This document shows, piece by piece, positions 39,338 to 48,455 of a stretch of 64,000 nucleotides of DNA (position 1 is the stretch's first letter; every line of letters begins with the position of its first letter). Under the pieces are notes generated by a model. It was not told the origin of the DNA. It did not search any database and was given only the letters and a program-made list of their open reading frames with translations. The position numbers and the translations under genes were made by a program. This DNA is from Candidatus Zixiibacteriota bacterium (GTDB taxonomy: Bacteria > Zixibacteria > MSB-5A5 > UBA10806 > 4484-95): the NCBI GenBank assembly GCA_037441845.1, contig JBBIRK010000001.1, forward strand, positions 529,284 to 593,283. The letters are read 5' to 3'.

Positions 39338-40600
39338 ATGAGAATACCTCGATTGTTATTGGCGGCGGCGATCGCCCTGCATTTTCATGCGCCCGCCACC
39401 GCTGCTTGGCGCTTTCTCGGGTTGGCCGGAAAACAAATCATCGCTCTCGAAATTCATCCCACCAATTCCGCGCATATAATCGCGGGGACGGACTCGGGCG
39501 TTTACGTCACCACCAATCTCGGCCAGTCGTGGAGTCTATCTACATCGCCGGCGGTACAGGCATCTTTCATAGGATACGATCCCCTCAGACCCGATACCAC
39601 CTATATGATATGGGGAAGCGGCTCTTTTTCCGATGGTCTTTATCTATCGACCACCGATGGATTCGGCTGGAGCCTGGTCGGTTTACTGGCTGGACCCAGA
39701 CGGCTGGCTTTCGATCCCGTCAATGCCGGATTTTTTTATGTTTGCCTCGAAGATGGCATGCTGACGACCACCGACGGCGGGGCTTCATTCGCACCGGGCA
39801 ACAACGGACTTCCGGGAACCAATTTGCTTGACGTGGAGGGCGATAGAAGCGATCAACTATGCGCCTATGCCGTCGGTAATAATTTCGTTGCCGCTACATC
39901 CAATTTCGGCAATCAATGGAATTCGCTGGGGGGACTCTTTTCGCTTCCCGCCTATGCGCCGTATCGGCTGATGCAGGATCGGATAAAACCCGAGACATTG
40001 TACGTTTCGTGCAAAAGGTATCTCGCCCGATCCACCAATGCGGGAACGTCGTGGCAATATACGCCCCTGCCCGATTCAAATTATATAGCCCTCGAATGCG
40101 ACCGTTATCAGACCGGGCGCCTGTTCGTCGGTTCCCGTTCGGGGGGCGGCGTCCTGCTTTCGACCGACGCAGGTGCAACGTTCGGCTCGCTGTCGGACAG
40201 CCTCGGGAATCTGAATGTTTACAGCCTGCGCCAAGCCCCCAACGGCTACTTGATTGCGGGGACCGGCGATGGTGTTTATCTGAACGATTTCGGCCTTCGT
40301 GTCGATGACCGGAATCCGTCAACACCGTCGCAGATATCGCTGATCGCATACCCGAACCCTTTTAACAGCAGCGTCTGCTTCCGCCATAATCTGCCGGTAG
40401 GAACCTCGGTGCAGATCGAGATATTCGATATCAGCGGTGTTCTCGTCGATCGCCCTAAGGCCGAATCCACCGATCCAACAGGAATCGTGATCTGGAACGG
40501 GTGCGATATGGCGGGTTCGCCTGTGGCAAGCGGAATTTACTTTTGCCGATTGCGATCGGGAACGAATACTTTCACGGCAAAATTGACGCTTCTACGATGA
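39338..40600 (+). CDS. Secreted BNR/Asp-box beta-propeller protein with T9SS-type C-terminal sorting domain
   Basis: Signal peptide, repeats TTNLGQSW/STTDGFGW/TTDGGASF/STNAGTSW/STDAGATF, and YPNPFN...ASGIYF...KLTLLR. Confidence 0.85.
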   Translation: MRIPRLLLAAAIALHFHAPATAAWRFLGLAGKQIIALEIHPTNSAHIIAGTDSGVYVTTNLGQSWSLSTSPAVQASFIGYDPLRPDTTYMIWGSGSFSDGLYLSTTDGFGWSLVGLLAGPRRLAFDPVNAGFFYVCLEDGMLTTTDGGASFAPGNNGLPGTNLLDVEGDRSDQLCAYAVGNNFVAATSNFGNQWNSLGGLFSLPAYAPYRLMQDRIKPETLYVSCKRYLARSTNAGTSWQYTPLPDSNYIALECDRYQTGRLFVGSRSGGGVLLSTDAGATFGSLSDSLGNLNVYSLRQAPNGYLIAGTGDGVYLNDFGLRVDDRNPSTPSQISLIAYPNPFNSSVCFRHNLPVGTSVQIEIFDISGVLVDRPKAESTDPTGIVIWNGCDMAGSPVASGIYFCRLRSGTNTFTAKLTLLR

Positions 40601-40636
40601 TTATAACGGATTTCCATCGGGCAACTTTCACCGCGG

Positions 40637-42847
40637 TCAATTGACTATCTCGAGATTGGCGTATTTGAGCATCACCTTTTTCGTGCCCGCCCCGAATCTT
40701 ACCGTAACGATCGTCTCCGGCCCGCTTCCCTCGCGGGCGATGATTTTTCCGATTCCGAACTCTCGATGCGACACGGTCGCGCCCGGCTTGAACGGTTCGG
40801 CGATCGAATCGGATACCTTAAGTCTGAAGTTCGATGGCTCCTCGGCCCGGGCGGCCGTGTAGTTTTCCTCTAAGCCAAGCATAGGACTGACAATATCGTA
40901 ATGGTAGTTATAGCGCTCATCCTCGATCAATTCTCGTGGAATATCGAATAAAAATCGGGAGGGGTAGGCCGCCTCATGGTTGCGAAAACGGCGGCGATAC
41001 CCGGTCAACGAAATGTAAAGCCGGCTTTTCGCCCGGGTAATTCCCACATAGCAAAGCCGTCTTTCCTCATCCAGATCTTTTTCGCCGGTGGATTCCCTAA
41101 GCAGCGGCAACAGACCGTCCTCGAAACCGCTTATGAAAACCGTGTCGAATTCGAGACCCTTGGCCGAATGGAGCGTCATCAAGCTGACCATATCGCCTTT
41201 GTCGTCCCATCTGTCTATATCGGTGATCAGCGCCACGTTTTCCAGAAACCCCGATAAAGTCGGCTCGCCCAGCGACGGATCTTCCTCGACCATCTCGATA
41301 TAGGCGTCGATGGCGTTTATCAATTCGTTGACATTGTCGATTCTCGCGTCGGCCTCGGGGGTATCCTCGGCTTTGAGCATCTCGATATAGCCGATCTTCT
41401 GGATAAGCTCGGCGGCAGTTTGAGCGGGCGGTAAGCCGGAGGATGCGGTTTCGGTGATAATCGAGTGTAGTTTTCGCAGTTCGATTTTTTGTTTGCCGCC
41501 GAAACCGGCGCTTTCGGGATCGCCGATGATTTCGAAGATCGGTCGTCCCGACTTTTGCGACTCCAGCGATAATTTGGTCAGAGCCGCCTCGCCGAGATTT
41601 CGTTTGGGAACATTCAATATCCGGCGAAGCGATTCCTCATCGCTCGGATTGACGACCACCCTTAGGTAGGCCAGTATATCTTTGACCTCTTTGCGTTCGT
41701 AGAATCGGATCCCGCCGACGATATTGTAGGGGATACCGGAATCGCGCAGGGCGTCTTCGATCGCCCGCGATTGAGCGTTGGTGCGATACAGCACGGCGAA
41801 ATCGCCCGCTTTTTTGCCGCGCCGCAAACCGAGCCTGATTTTTTCGACGATCGCCGCCGCTTCATCACGCTCATCGCCGCATAGTAGAAGGCCGATCTTT
41901 TCGCCGCCGCGACGCCGCGTGAACAGATGCTTCGGTTTTCTATCGCCGATTTTGCTTGCCACTCCGAACGCCGCCTCGAGCACCACTTTGGTCGAACGGT
42001 AATTTTCCTCGAGAGTGATGATGCGGCAACCCGGAAAATCATGCTCGAAATCCAAAATGTTGCGGATATCGGCGCCGCGCCAGCCGTAGATCGCCTGATC
42101 GTCATCGCCGACCACACAAAGATTTCGCTTTTCTCCAGCCAAAACCTTGATCAGGCGATACTGCGCGTGGTTGGTGTCCTGATACTCATCGACAAGCAGG
42201 CGAGTGAACTTACGGCGGTAATGGTCAGCCAGCTCTTGGTCCCGTTCCAACAGCGCCACCGTAACCCCTATAAGATCATCAAAATCGAACGCGTTATTCC
42301 TTACCAGTTGTTTTTGATACTCCTCGTAAATCGCGGCTGTGTTCTTATCGACATAATCGACCGCGGCCGCCGCATATTCGGACGGGGAGATCAGATTGTC
42401 TTTGGCCCTGCCTATACGGGATTGAGCCGCGCCGGGGGAGGGTTGTCCCTCGGGAATACCGAGTGATTTTATCACCCGCTTTAGCAATGCCAAACTGTCG
42501 GCTTCGTCGTAAATGGTGAAATCCCGCTTGTAACCGGCTCTGTCATGGTGCAGCCGCAGAATCTTCGCGCAAAACGAGTGAAAAGTGGAAAGCCAAACCA
42601 GCCGGCCGCGACTCCCCAACAAAGCGATCACTCGCTCTTTCATCTCACCGGCCGCCTTGTTGGTGAAAGTTACACCCAGCACTTGGTCGGGGCGCGCCGC
42701 GCCGGTTGCAATCAGATGAACGATCCTATGGGTGATCACCCTCGTCTTTCCGGATCCCGCCCCCGCCAGCACCAAAAGCGGCCCATCGATATGTAAAACC
42801 GCCTGACGCTGCGGCTCGTTAAGATTTTTCAGATAGGGCGCGATCAT
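40637..42847 (-). CDS. pcrA: ATP-dependent DNA helicase PcrA/UvrD
   Basis: LNEPQRQAV, LAGAGSGKT, TFTNKAA, VDEYQDTN, LEENYRS, TLHSAKGLEF, EERRLCYVGITRA, C-terminal Tudor-like H..FG.G. Confidence 0.95.
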   Translation of the reverse strand: MIAPYLKNLNEPQRQAVLHIDGPLLVLAGAGSGKTRVITHRIVHLIATGAARPDQVLGVTFTNKAAGEMKERVIALLGSRGRLVWLSTFHSFCAKILRLHHDRAGYKRDFTIYDEADSLALLKRVIKSLGIPEGQPSPGAAQSRIGRAKDNLISPSEYAAAAVDYVDKNTAAIYEEYQKQLVRNNAFDFDDLIGVTVALLERDQELADHYRRKFTRLLVDEYQDTNHAQYRLIKVLAGEKRNLCVVGDDDQAIYGWRGADIRNILDFEHDFPGCRIITLEENYRSTKVVLEAAFGVASKIGDRKPKHLFTRRRGGEKIGLLLCGDERDEAAAIVEKIRLGLRRGKKAGDFAVLYRTNAQSRAIEDALRDSGIPYNIVGGIRFYERKEVKDILAYLRVVVNPSDEESLRRILNVPKRNLGEAALTKLSLESQKSGRPIFEIIGDPESAGFGGKQKIELRKLHSIITETASSGLPPAQTAAELIQKIGYIEMLKAEDTPEADARIDNVNELINAIDAYIEMVEEDPSLGEPTLSGFLENVALITDIDRWDDKGDMVSLMTLHSAKGLEFDTVFISGFEDGLLPLLRESTGEKDLDEERRLCYVGITRAKSRLYISLTGYRRRFRNHEAAYPSRFLFDIPRELIEDERYNYHYDIVSPMLGLEENYTAARAEEPSNFRLKVSDSIAEPFKPGATVSHREFGIGKIIAREGSGPETIVTVRFGAGTKKVMLKYANLEIVN

Positions 42848-42926
42848 GCAAACAAATATAATAAACAAAAATCGAGCTGCCCCGAAAATTAAAAAAGATC
42901 TTCGCGCGCATGCGCCAAAGTTGTCC

Positions 42927-42954
42927 TTGACATCGCAACGAGGCGGTCTAAATT
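42927..42954 (+). promoter_or_regulatory. Putative sigma70 promoter of tRNA-Met
   Basis: TTGACA-N16-TAAATT. Confidence 0.6.
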
Positions 42955-42964
42955 AGTCGAAGAC

Positions 42965-43038
42965 GGCGGCGTAGCTCAGCTGGTCAGAGCAGAGGAATCA
43001 TAATCCTCGTGTCCGGGGTTCGAGTCCCTGCGCCGCTA
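42965..43038 (+). tRNA. tRNA-Met(CAT), probably elongator
   Basis: Acceptor stem GGCGGCG/CGCCGCT, anticodon arm GAGGA-ATCATAA-TCCTC, T-arm CGGGG-TTCGAGT-CCCTG. It lacks the initiator hallmarks (C1:A72, three G-C pairs in the anticodon stem). Ile2 is not excluded. Confidence 0.93.
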
Positions 43039-43301
43039 ATTTTTTCGTCACGCCATCTACCGGAATATTCCCAAATTCCGCATAATTTCACGGCACAATG
43101 AATAAAGGATCAGCGGTCTGGGAAGCTATTATCGCTTAGATTGAAACAGCTGGACTCCATCGTTTGGGATTGAGCGTAAGATCAATTTTATAATCTCCTT
43201 TCACGCAATGCATGCCCGAAAATAATCGGTCGCGATCATCAAAGATATGCTTGAAACGGATTTCGGTTTACTTTAAGAGATTATATTGTCCATTATTGTT
43301 C

Positions 43302-43329
43302 TTGACAAAATACCCTTGTCGGTTAAATT
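43302..43329 (+). promoter_or_regulatory. Putative sigma70 promoter of the fibre/dockerin cassette
   Basis: TTGACA-N16-TAAATT, with RBS AGGAGG before 43425. Confidence 0.55.
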
Positions 43330-43424
43330 ATTATTGATACGATTTCACATACGGCCGGAAGCTCCCAATCCTATTCGGACCGATTTAAATATCAGCCAAA
43401 TATAAACTAATTCCAGGAGGTACC

Positions 43425-45488
43425 ATGAGTTTACAAGTAAGGCTCGGCACGGGCGTGATTTCTTTATTATTATTTTTCACGCCGATCCGGGCGGCTGAAC
43501 CGAGAATAAATATCGAGGGAGCCGAAACTAATAACGACAGCGTCTCCATCACCTCGGTCATTGAACGCACTATCACCTATCAAGGGATACTTAAGACCAG
43601 CACGGGCACGCCGGTGCCCGATGACACCTATGACCTTACATTCAGGATTTACAAACAAGCAGCAGGCGGTGCCGCGTTATGGACAAGCCCGAGCATCCCG
43701 ATAACCACGGCTGCCGGCCTGTTCTCCGCCCTGTTGGGACCGATATCTCTTCCTTTTGATACCACTTATTATATTTCCATTCAGGTGGCTGGCGATGTTG
43801 AGATGTCGCGGCAGAAGCTGACCATGGCACCGTATTCAGCCGCATCCGATACCGCCAATTATGCGCTGAATGCGGATAGACTCGATGGTCAGCACGCAGG
43901 CGCCTTCGCCGTGGTCGGACACACGCACGTAATCACATCCGCAGATATCCAGAACGGCACGATTCAGTTTATCGACATCGGTCAAAACGGGGCGGCGATC
44001 GGTCAGGTTATGAAATGGAACGGCACGGCTTGGACCGCACAGAACGATTCGGTCGGTTCGGGAGGCGACAATGATTGGGTATTCCGCATCACCGATACCG
44101 CCGATACGACGCTTACAAGCGGCGGAAGATGGGGGTTGGCTCGAAGCGGAAATGTGCTATATGGCAACGCCGACTCGACTCATATCAATCTGGGGGTTGC
44201 CTGCACGACCGGGCTGAGCGGGCAAAATTACAAGTATTGTGTTGTAGGCGGAGGTTATGCCAACACTGCCAATGGAAATTATTCTACTATTGGCGGTGGA
44301 TTATCCAACAACGCGGGCTTGCCTTATTCGGCGATCATCGGCGGATATTTCAATAATGCCGGCTCATCAGCTTCGACCATCGGCGGAGGTTATTCTAACA
44401 CTACCAGCTTGCCTTATGCGGTGATTGGCGGCGGTTATTCCAACACCGCCAGCGGATATTATTCGTCGATTACCGGCGGCCGGGAAAACACTGCCGGCGG
44501 ATATTATTCGGCGATAGGCGGCGGCTACCAAGATACCGTGATTGCGATCTATGGAGGCGTGTTCAGCGGCTACTCCAATTTGGCTGGCGATGCTTCCTCC
44601 GATACGGCAGCTTTTGTCGGCGGGGGGTACGATAATTCGGCCATCGCCAAATATGCGGCAATTAGCGGAGGTTATTCCAACACTGCCAGCGGATATTATT
44701 CAGCGATAGGCGGCGGATGGAATAACACAGCGAACATTTGGGGAGCTGCTATTTGTGGTGGTAGTTTTAATACCTCCAGCGGATATTTTTCGGTGATCGG
44801 CGGCGGGGAATCAAACATTGCCAGCGGATACGGTTCTGCGATTGGCGGCGGGGCTTTCAACACTGCCAGCGGCGACTATTCGGCGATAGGCGGCGGTGAT
44901 AATAATGTCGTGGGCGGAGCTTTTTCGGCCGTTGTCGGCGGAGTTAATGATACCTTGACAAGTCTAGCCGACTATTCTATGGCCTTCGGCCATACGGTTT
45001 ATCTCAACACACCCCTCCGGGTGGCCTTTTTTTCTCCGACCATCTTTTCCGGTGCCCTCGGGGTCAACCGTGACGACCGCAGCGGCGGAATAAATTACCC
45101 CGTCCATGTAGGCACTTATAACGGAAACGGCAACGGCGCCTATCTTTCGGGCGGCGGCGTCTGGACCAACGGTTCGTCGCGCACTTTCAAAGAAAACTTC
45201 ACCCCGTTCGACGGCAACGATTTGCTCCGTAAAATCTCGACTTTATCGGTAACCACCTATAATTTCAAGGGGAGCACCGAGAAACATGTCGGTCCGGTGG
45301 CCGAGGAATTCGTGCAGGCGTTCGACACCGGCGTCATCAGGGAATCCGATGGCAAGCGCGATGACATGTATTTGTCGGCGGGCGATGTCGCCGGAGTGGC
45401 ATTGGCGGGAGTGCAAGAATTATTGAAAAGGATCGAAATGCTCGAAAAAGAAATCGCCGAACTTAAAACTCAGAAAAATGCGAGGTAA
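43425..45488 (+). CDS. Secreted trimeric fibre/adhesin-like protein with Gly-rich 14-aa repeats and C-terminal S74 intramolecular chaperone
   Basis: Signal peptide, ITYQG.L.....PV.D N-terminal domain, many S.IGGG..N.ASG.Y repeats, NGSSRTFKENF (S74 self-cleavage region), HVGPVAEEF and terminal coiled coil. Confidence 0.82.
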   Translation: MSLQVRLGTGVISLLLFFTPIRAAEPRINIEGAETNNDSVSITSVIERTITYQGILKTSTGTPVPDDTYDLTFRIYKQAAGGAALWTSPSIPITTAAGLFSALLGPISLPFDTTYYISIQVAGDVEMSRQKLTMAPYSAASDTANYALNADRLDGQHAGAFAVVGHTHVITSADIQNGTIQFIDIGQNGAAIGQVMKWNGTAWTAQNDSVGSGGDNDWVFRITDTADTTLTSGGRWGLARSGNVLYGNADSTHINLGVACTTGLSGQNYKYCVVGGGYANTANGNYSTIGGGLSNNAGLPYSAIIGGYFNNAGSSASTIGGGYSNTTSLPYAVIGGGYSNTASGYYSSITGGRENTAGGYYSAIGGGYQDTVIAIYGGVFSGYSNLAGDASSDTAAFVGGGYDNSAIAKYAAISGGYSNTASGYYSAIGGGWNNTANIWGAAICGGSFNTSSGYFSVIGGGESNIASGYGSAIGGGAFNTASGDYSAIGGGDNNVVGGAFSAVVGGVNDTLTSLADYSMAFGHTVYLNTPLRVAFFSPTIFSGALGVNRDDRSGGINYPVHVGTYNGNGNGAYLSGGGVWTNGSSRTFKENFTPFDGNDLLRKISTLSVTTYNFKGSTEKHVGPVAEEFVQAFDTGVIRESDGKRDDMYLSAGDVAGVALAGVQELLKRIEMLEKEIAELKTQKNAR

Positions 45489-45490
45489 CC

Positions 45491-46015
45491 ATGTGCGGCA
45501 GAACCATATGTGTTTGGGCGGCATTGACCTCGATATGTTTATCCCAGACTTATCGGATCGATTGGCATGTGATCGGCTCCGGCGGCGGGCATGCCGCATC
45601 GGGAAGCTATCAAATCGACGCCACCATCGGGCAACCGGTAGTCGGGCAGGTGTCCTCGAGCAACTACCTAATAGAGGCCGGATTCTGGGTTGGAGTTACG
45701 GCCGGTTCGCCCTGCGTGTATGTAATCGGCGATATCAACGGCGACGGAAATCGTATCGGCGGCGATGTGACCTATGGAGTGCGCTATTTCAAGGGCATTG
45801 GGGGTCCGCCACCGGATAGCTGCTATATGGATTCCACAGGCGCTTATCTGTATGTCGCCGGCGATGTGAATGGCAACTGCGAGTTCAGGGGATCCGACAT
45901 CACTCGATTGGTGGCATACTTTAAGGGTAGTGCGGCTTTGGCTTGTTGTCACTTCTTCCCGACTCCGTTGCCGCCGATATGGAGGCAGAATATAAAGACA
46001 TCGATGCCTGAATGA
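45491..46015 (+). CDS. Small secreted dockerin-domain protein
   Basis: YRIDWHVIGSGGG...TIGQP...GFW N-terminal domain, then GDINGDG...GDVNGNCEFRGSDI paired Ca-binding repeats. Confidence 0.82.
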   Translation: MCGRTICVWAALTSICLSQTYRIDWHVIGSGGGHAASGSYQIDATIGQPVVGQVSSSNYLIEAGFWVGVTAGSPCVYVIGDINGDGNRIGGDVTYGVRYFKGIGGPPPDSCYMDSTGAYLYVAGDVNGNCEFRGSDITRLVAYFKGSAALACCHFFPTPLPPIWRQNIKTSMPE

Positions 46016-46043
46016 AGTAAGCGGATAGCAGCGCAATTCGCTG

Positions 46044-46098
46044 AGCGGCGTGAAGGCTAAGTCCTCGTGTCCGGGGTCCGAGTCCCAGCGCCGCTAAT
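46044..46098 (+). repeat. Decayed copy of tRNA-Met (att-like direct repeat)
   Basis: 46062-46098 matches 43004-43040 at 35/37 nt. AGCGGCG at 46044 can pair with CGCCGCT at 46089-46095. Confidence 0.85.
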
Positions 46099-46200
46099 GC
46101 GAACGCCGACATAAAAACCACCCGGTTCCACAAATATATCTTCTATCATATCCCAGTGGGTAAGCGGCGGTAATAGAATGATGTATCCGAAAAAACCGGA

Positions 46201-47199
46201 TTACAGATATTCGCTATCGCAATCGCCGTCGACGAAATGAATATTCCCGCCGTCGGCCAGGCGGTCGATTTGGCCGGGAGGACCGAATACGGTGAATTTC
46301 GGCGTATCCCTCAACTCGATAAACCCGTTTTGTTTCATCGCTTGCCTTAGGGGCTTCAGGGTCGCCCACATGTATATTTTGTTGAATCCCGATTTTTTGA
46401 GATATCTTTTCATGACTTTCAGCGTCTTTGAGGGCTCTTTCGGGTTTTGGTAATCCCATAGGATATCCACCACGTAGGCGCTGTAACCCTCTCCGCGGGC
46501 TACGAAAAGCGAGACCGGACGTCCCTGCTCGAATATGAAAGCCGGTTGATATTTTTTGAAAGGGTGGCTCAAATAACGCCAATTCATGTATGACTTGTCC
46601 CTTATAGAGATGCCCGGATATTTCGGTGAAATTTCCGCCCAAAAACGATCGAATTCATCATCGAATCGGTCTATCGGCCGGACTTCCTGACCTTTTACCG
46701 TCAAACCGTCGATAAAGGCAGGCTTTCCGCGGTAAATTTTCGCTTTGGCCGCCAACCAGGCGATCGGGGCGAGCATGCAAAACATATAATTATTGGGAAT
46801 GACATCCCTGAACCCGAATTTCAACCGCAATCGATACATCCCCGGGTTGGTCCCCTTGGCATAAATTATAGGAAGCGATTCGGCATTCAGTCGGGTGAGT
46901 GTTTCCATAATGCCGCGTCGACGATAATCGGGATGAACCATGGAATCCGAAGCGTAATATGCCTCGAGCCGCCTGCCTTCGATAAGTATCGGGAACGGTA
47001 GATGGGAAGATGCGCCCGCAATACGCCGGTCATGTTCGGCCACGAGTATCCGATTCGACTCTCGCCGCGGGTGCTCAAAATACTGCCAGCGGTATCGCTT
47101 TTCGAATCTGTCGATTTCGCCGTAGGTTGCTTGGAACAAAGCTACTATACCGGCGAAATTTTCGCGTTGAAAGTCGAACGGTCTGTATTGGATTTCCAT
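46201..47199 (-). CDS. GNAT-family N-acetyltransferase (tandem GNAT-like)
   Basis: W.Y..HP, DSMVHPDYRRRGI acetyl-CoA motif, RD..YMNWRY..HP. The likely ATG is at 47199. Confidence 0.85.
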   Translation of the reverse strand: MEIQYRPFDFQRENFAGIVALFQATYGEIDRFEKRYRWQYFEHPRRESNRILVAEHDRRIAGASSHLPFPILIEGRRLEAYYASDSMVHPDYRRRGIMETLTRLNAESLPIIYAKGTNPGMYRLRLKFGFRDVIPNNYMFCMLAPIAWLAAKAKIYRGKPAFIDGLTVKGQEVRPIDRFDDEFDRFWAEISPKYPGISIRDKSYMNWRYLSHPFKKYQPAFIFEQGRPVSLFVARGEGYSAYVVDILWDYQNPKEPSKTLKVMKRYLKKSGFNKIYMWATLKPLRQAMKQNGFIELRDTPKFTVFGPPGQIDRLADGGNIHFVDGDCDSEYL

Positions 47200-47366
47200 A
47201 ACTCGCGCCAATATACGAATTATCCCCCTGTAAGACAAGATTTATGACGCCGCGGCCCTGCCGGCTGAATGAAGACGGGCCGGTAAGGGGAATTTTTTCG
47301 GGAAAGGGAAGGCAGGCAAAAAAATAAATTGCTATCGGCCCCCAAATCCAATTATCTTATCTTCAG

Positions 47367-48176
47367 ATGGAGCCAAAAGACCGCCAAAAGACTAAAGATC
47401 TATATTTCAAGCTTAAGGAAATTATTGATTCCATCCCGGGCATAAGCGACGAGATACGCTCAGCCCTTCGCTTTTACAAAGTCAGCAACTCGAGCGCCAT
47501 CGAGACAAACTACATCGACCCGATTTTTTTGCGCACCGCCTTATATAACGGCAACGATCACGGCAAACGAATAATATCGCCGGTCTATCGCAAAGCGTTT
47601 CTCGAGGCTCAGGCACACGATCGGATGTTGCGGTCGATGGAAAAAGACGCGGCCGACAAAGCCGAACTGAGTGTCTCGCTTCTATTGTCTTGGCACCGCA
47701 CGCTTTTCGAACAAAGTTGGCCGGATATCGCCGGCAAATTCCGCGATATCGACGTCCGCATAAGGGGATCGAGCCATCGCCCTCCGCACCCATCGAAAGT
47801 GGGCGAGCTGGTGTATCAGCATCTGGCTTGGCTGGACGGCTTGATGAAACTGCTCGGGCCGGTGACGCCAGCCACCTTTTTTGAAATCCTGCATGTCTCG
47901 GCCGATGCCCACTACCGCCTGACCTGGACCTATCCTTTTCACGACGGCAACGGCCGGATAGCCCGCGCGGTCGGCAACTATATCCTGCTCTACGCCGGGA
48001 TGCCCTACAACACCATCACGTTCGATCGCCGCGAGGAATATTTCAAAGCAATCGAGAAATCCACCCTGTCCGATTTTTCGCCGCTGGAGAAATTCCTGTT
48101 CGACTGCTACAGGCTGACTCTCGAAAAGATCAGCGGCTTCGTCTATCTGGTAAAACAAACGGCCCAGCCGACCTGA
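47367..48176 (+). CDS. Fic-domain protein with non-canonical active-site motif
   Basis: SSAIETN helix, AGKFR..DV.I.G..H.PP, YPFHDGNGRIAR. Confidence 0.88.
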   Translation: MEPKDRQKTKDLYFKLKEIIDSIPGISDEIRSALRFYKVSNSSAIETNYIDPIFLRTALYNGNDHGKRIISPVYRKAFLEAQAHDRMLRSMEKDAADKAELSVSLLLSWHRTLFEQSWPDIAGKFRDIDVRIRGSSHRPPHPSKVGELVYQHLAWLDGLMKLLGPVTPATFFEILHVSADAHYRLTWTYPFHDGNGRIARAVGNYILLYAGMPYNTITFDRREEYFKAIEKSTLSDFSPLEKFLFDCYRLTLEKISGFVYLVKQTAQPT

Positions 48177-48455
48177 ACCGACCATCCAAACACCGAATTC
48201 GGTAACCACCCGTCCCAATAAAACTTCCGACTCCTCGAAGTAATAAACGGGATTTTCGCTTTGAACAATTGACGCTTAATCGCCCTTTCGGGGATCAAAT
48301 CGTGGTTTCCGGAAAAGGCTGCGACGCGCGCTTTTATTAAATGTGGTTATTCCACCGGGGAATAAGTGAAATGGGAGTAACAGAATATCGAATCGATCAA
48401 CGAATCGGTCTTTCCGTTCCCCAATTAAAACATATAGGAGGAGGATCAGCCGGCG

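Noticed and set aside
44240..44960. ~42-nt repeats as a CRISPR array or DGR template/variable repeat
   Set aside because: They are in-frame degenerate coding repeats with no unique spacers, and no cas or reverse transcriptase gene is in the window.
43425..45488. Prophage, suggested by a tail-fibre-like gene at a tRNA
   Set aside because: There are no capsid, terminase, integrase or lysis genes, and the protein has a signal peptide.
46051..46066. CTA in the mini-tRNA loop as an amber-suppressor or pyrrolysine tRNA
   Set aside because: There is no D-arm, the stem is only 3 bp with a 6-nt loop, the T-arm is damaged, and no pyl genes are present.
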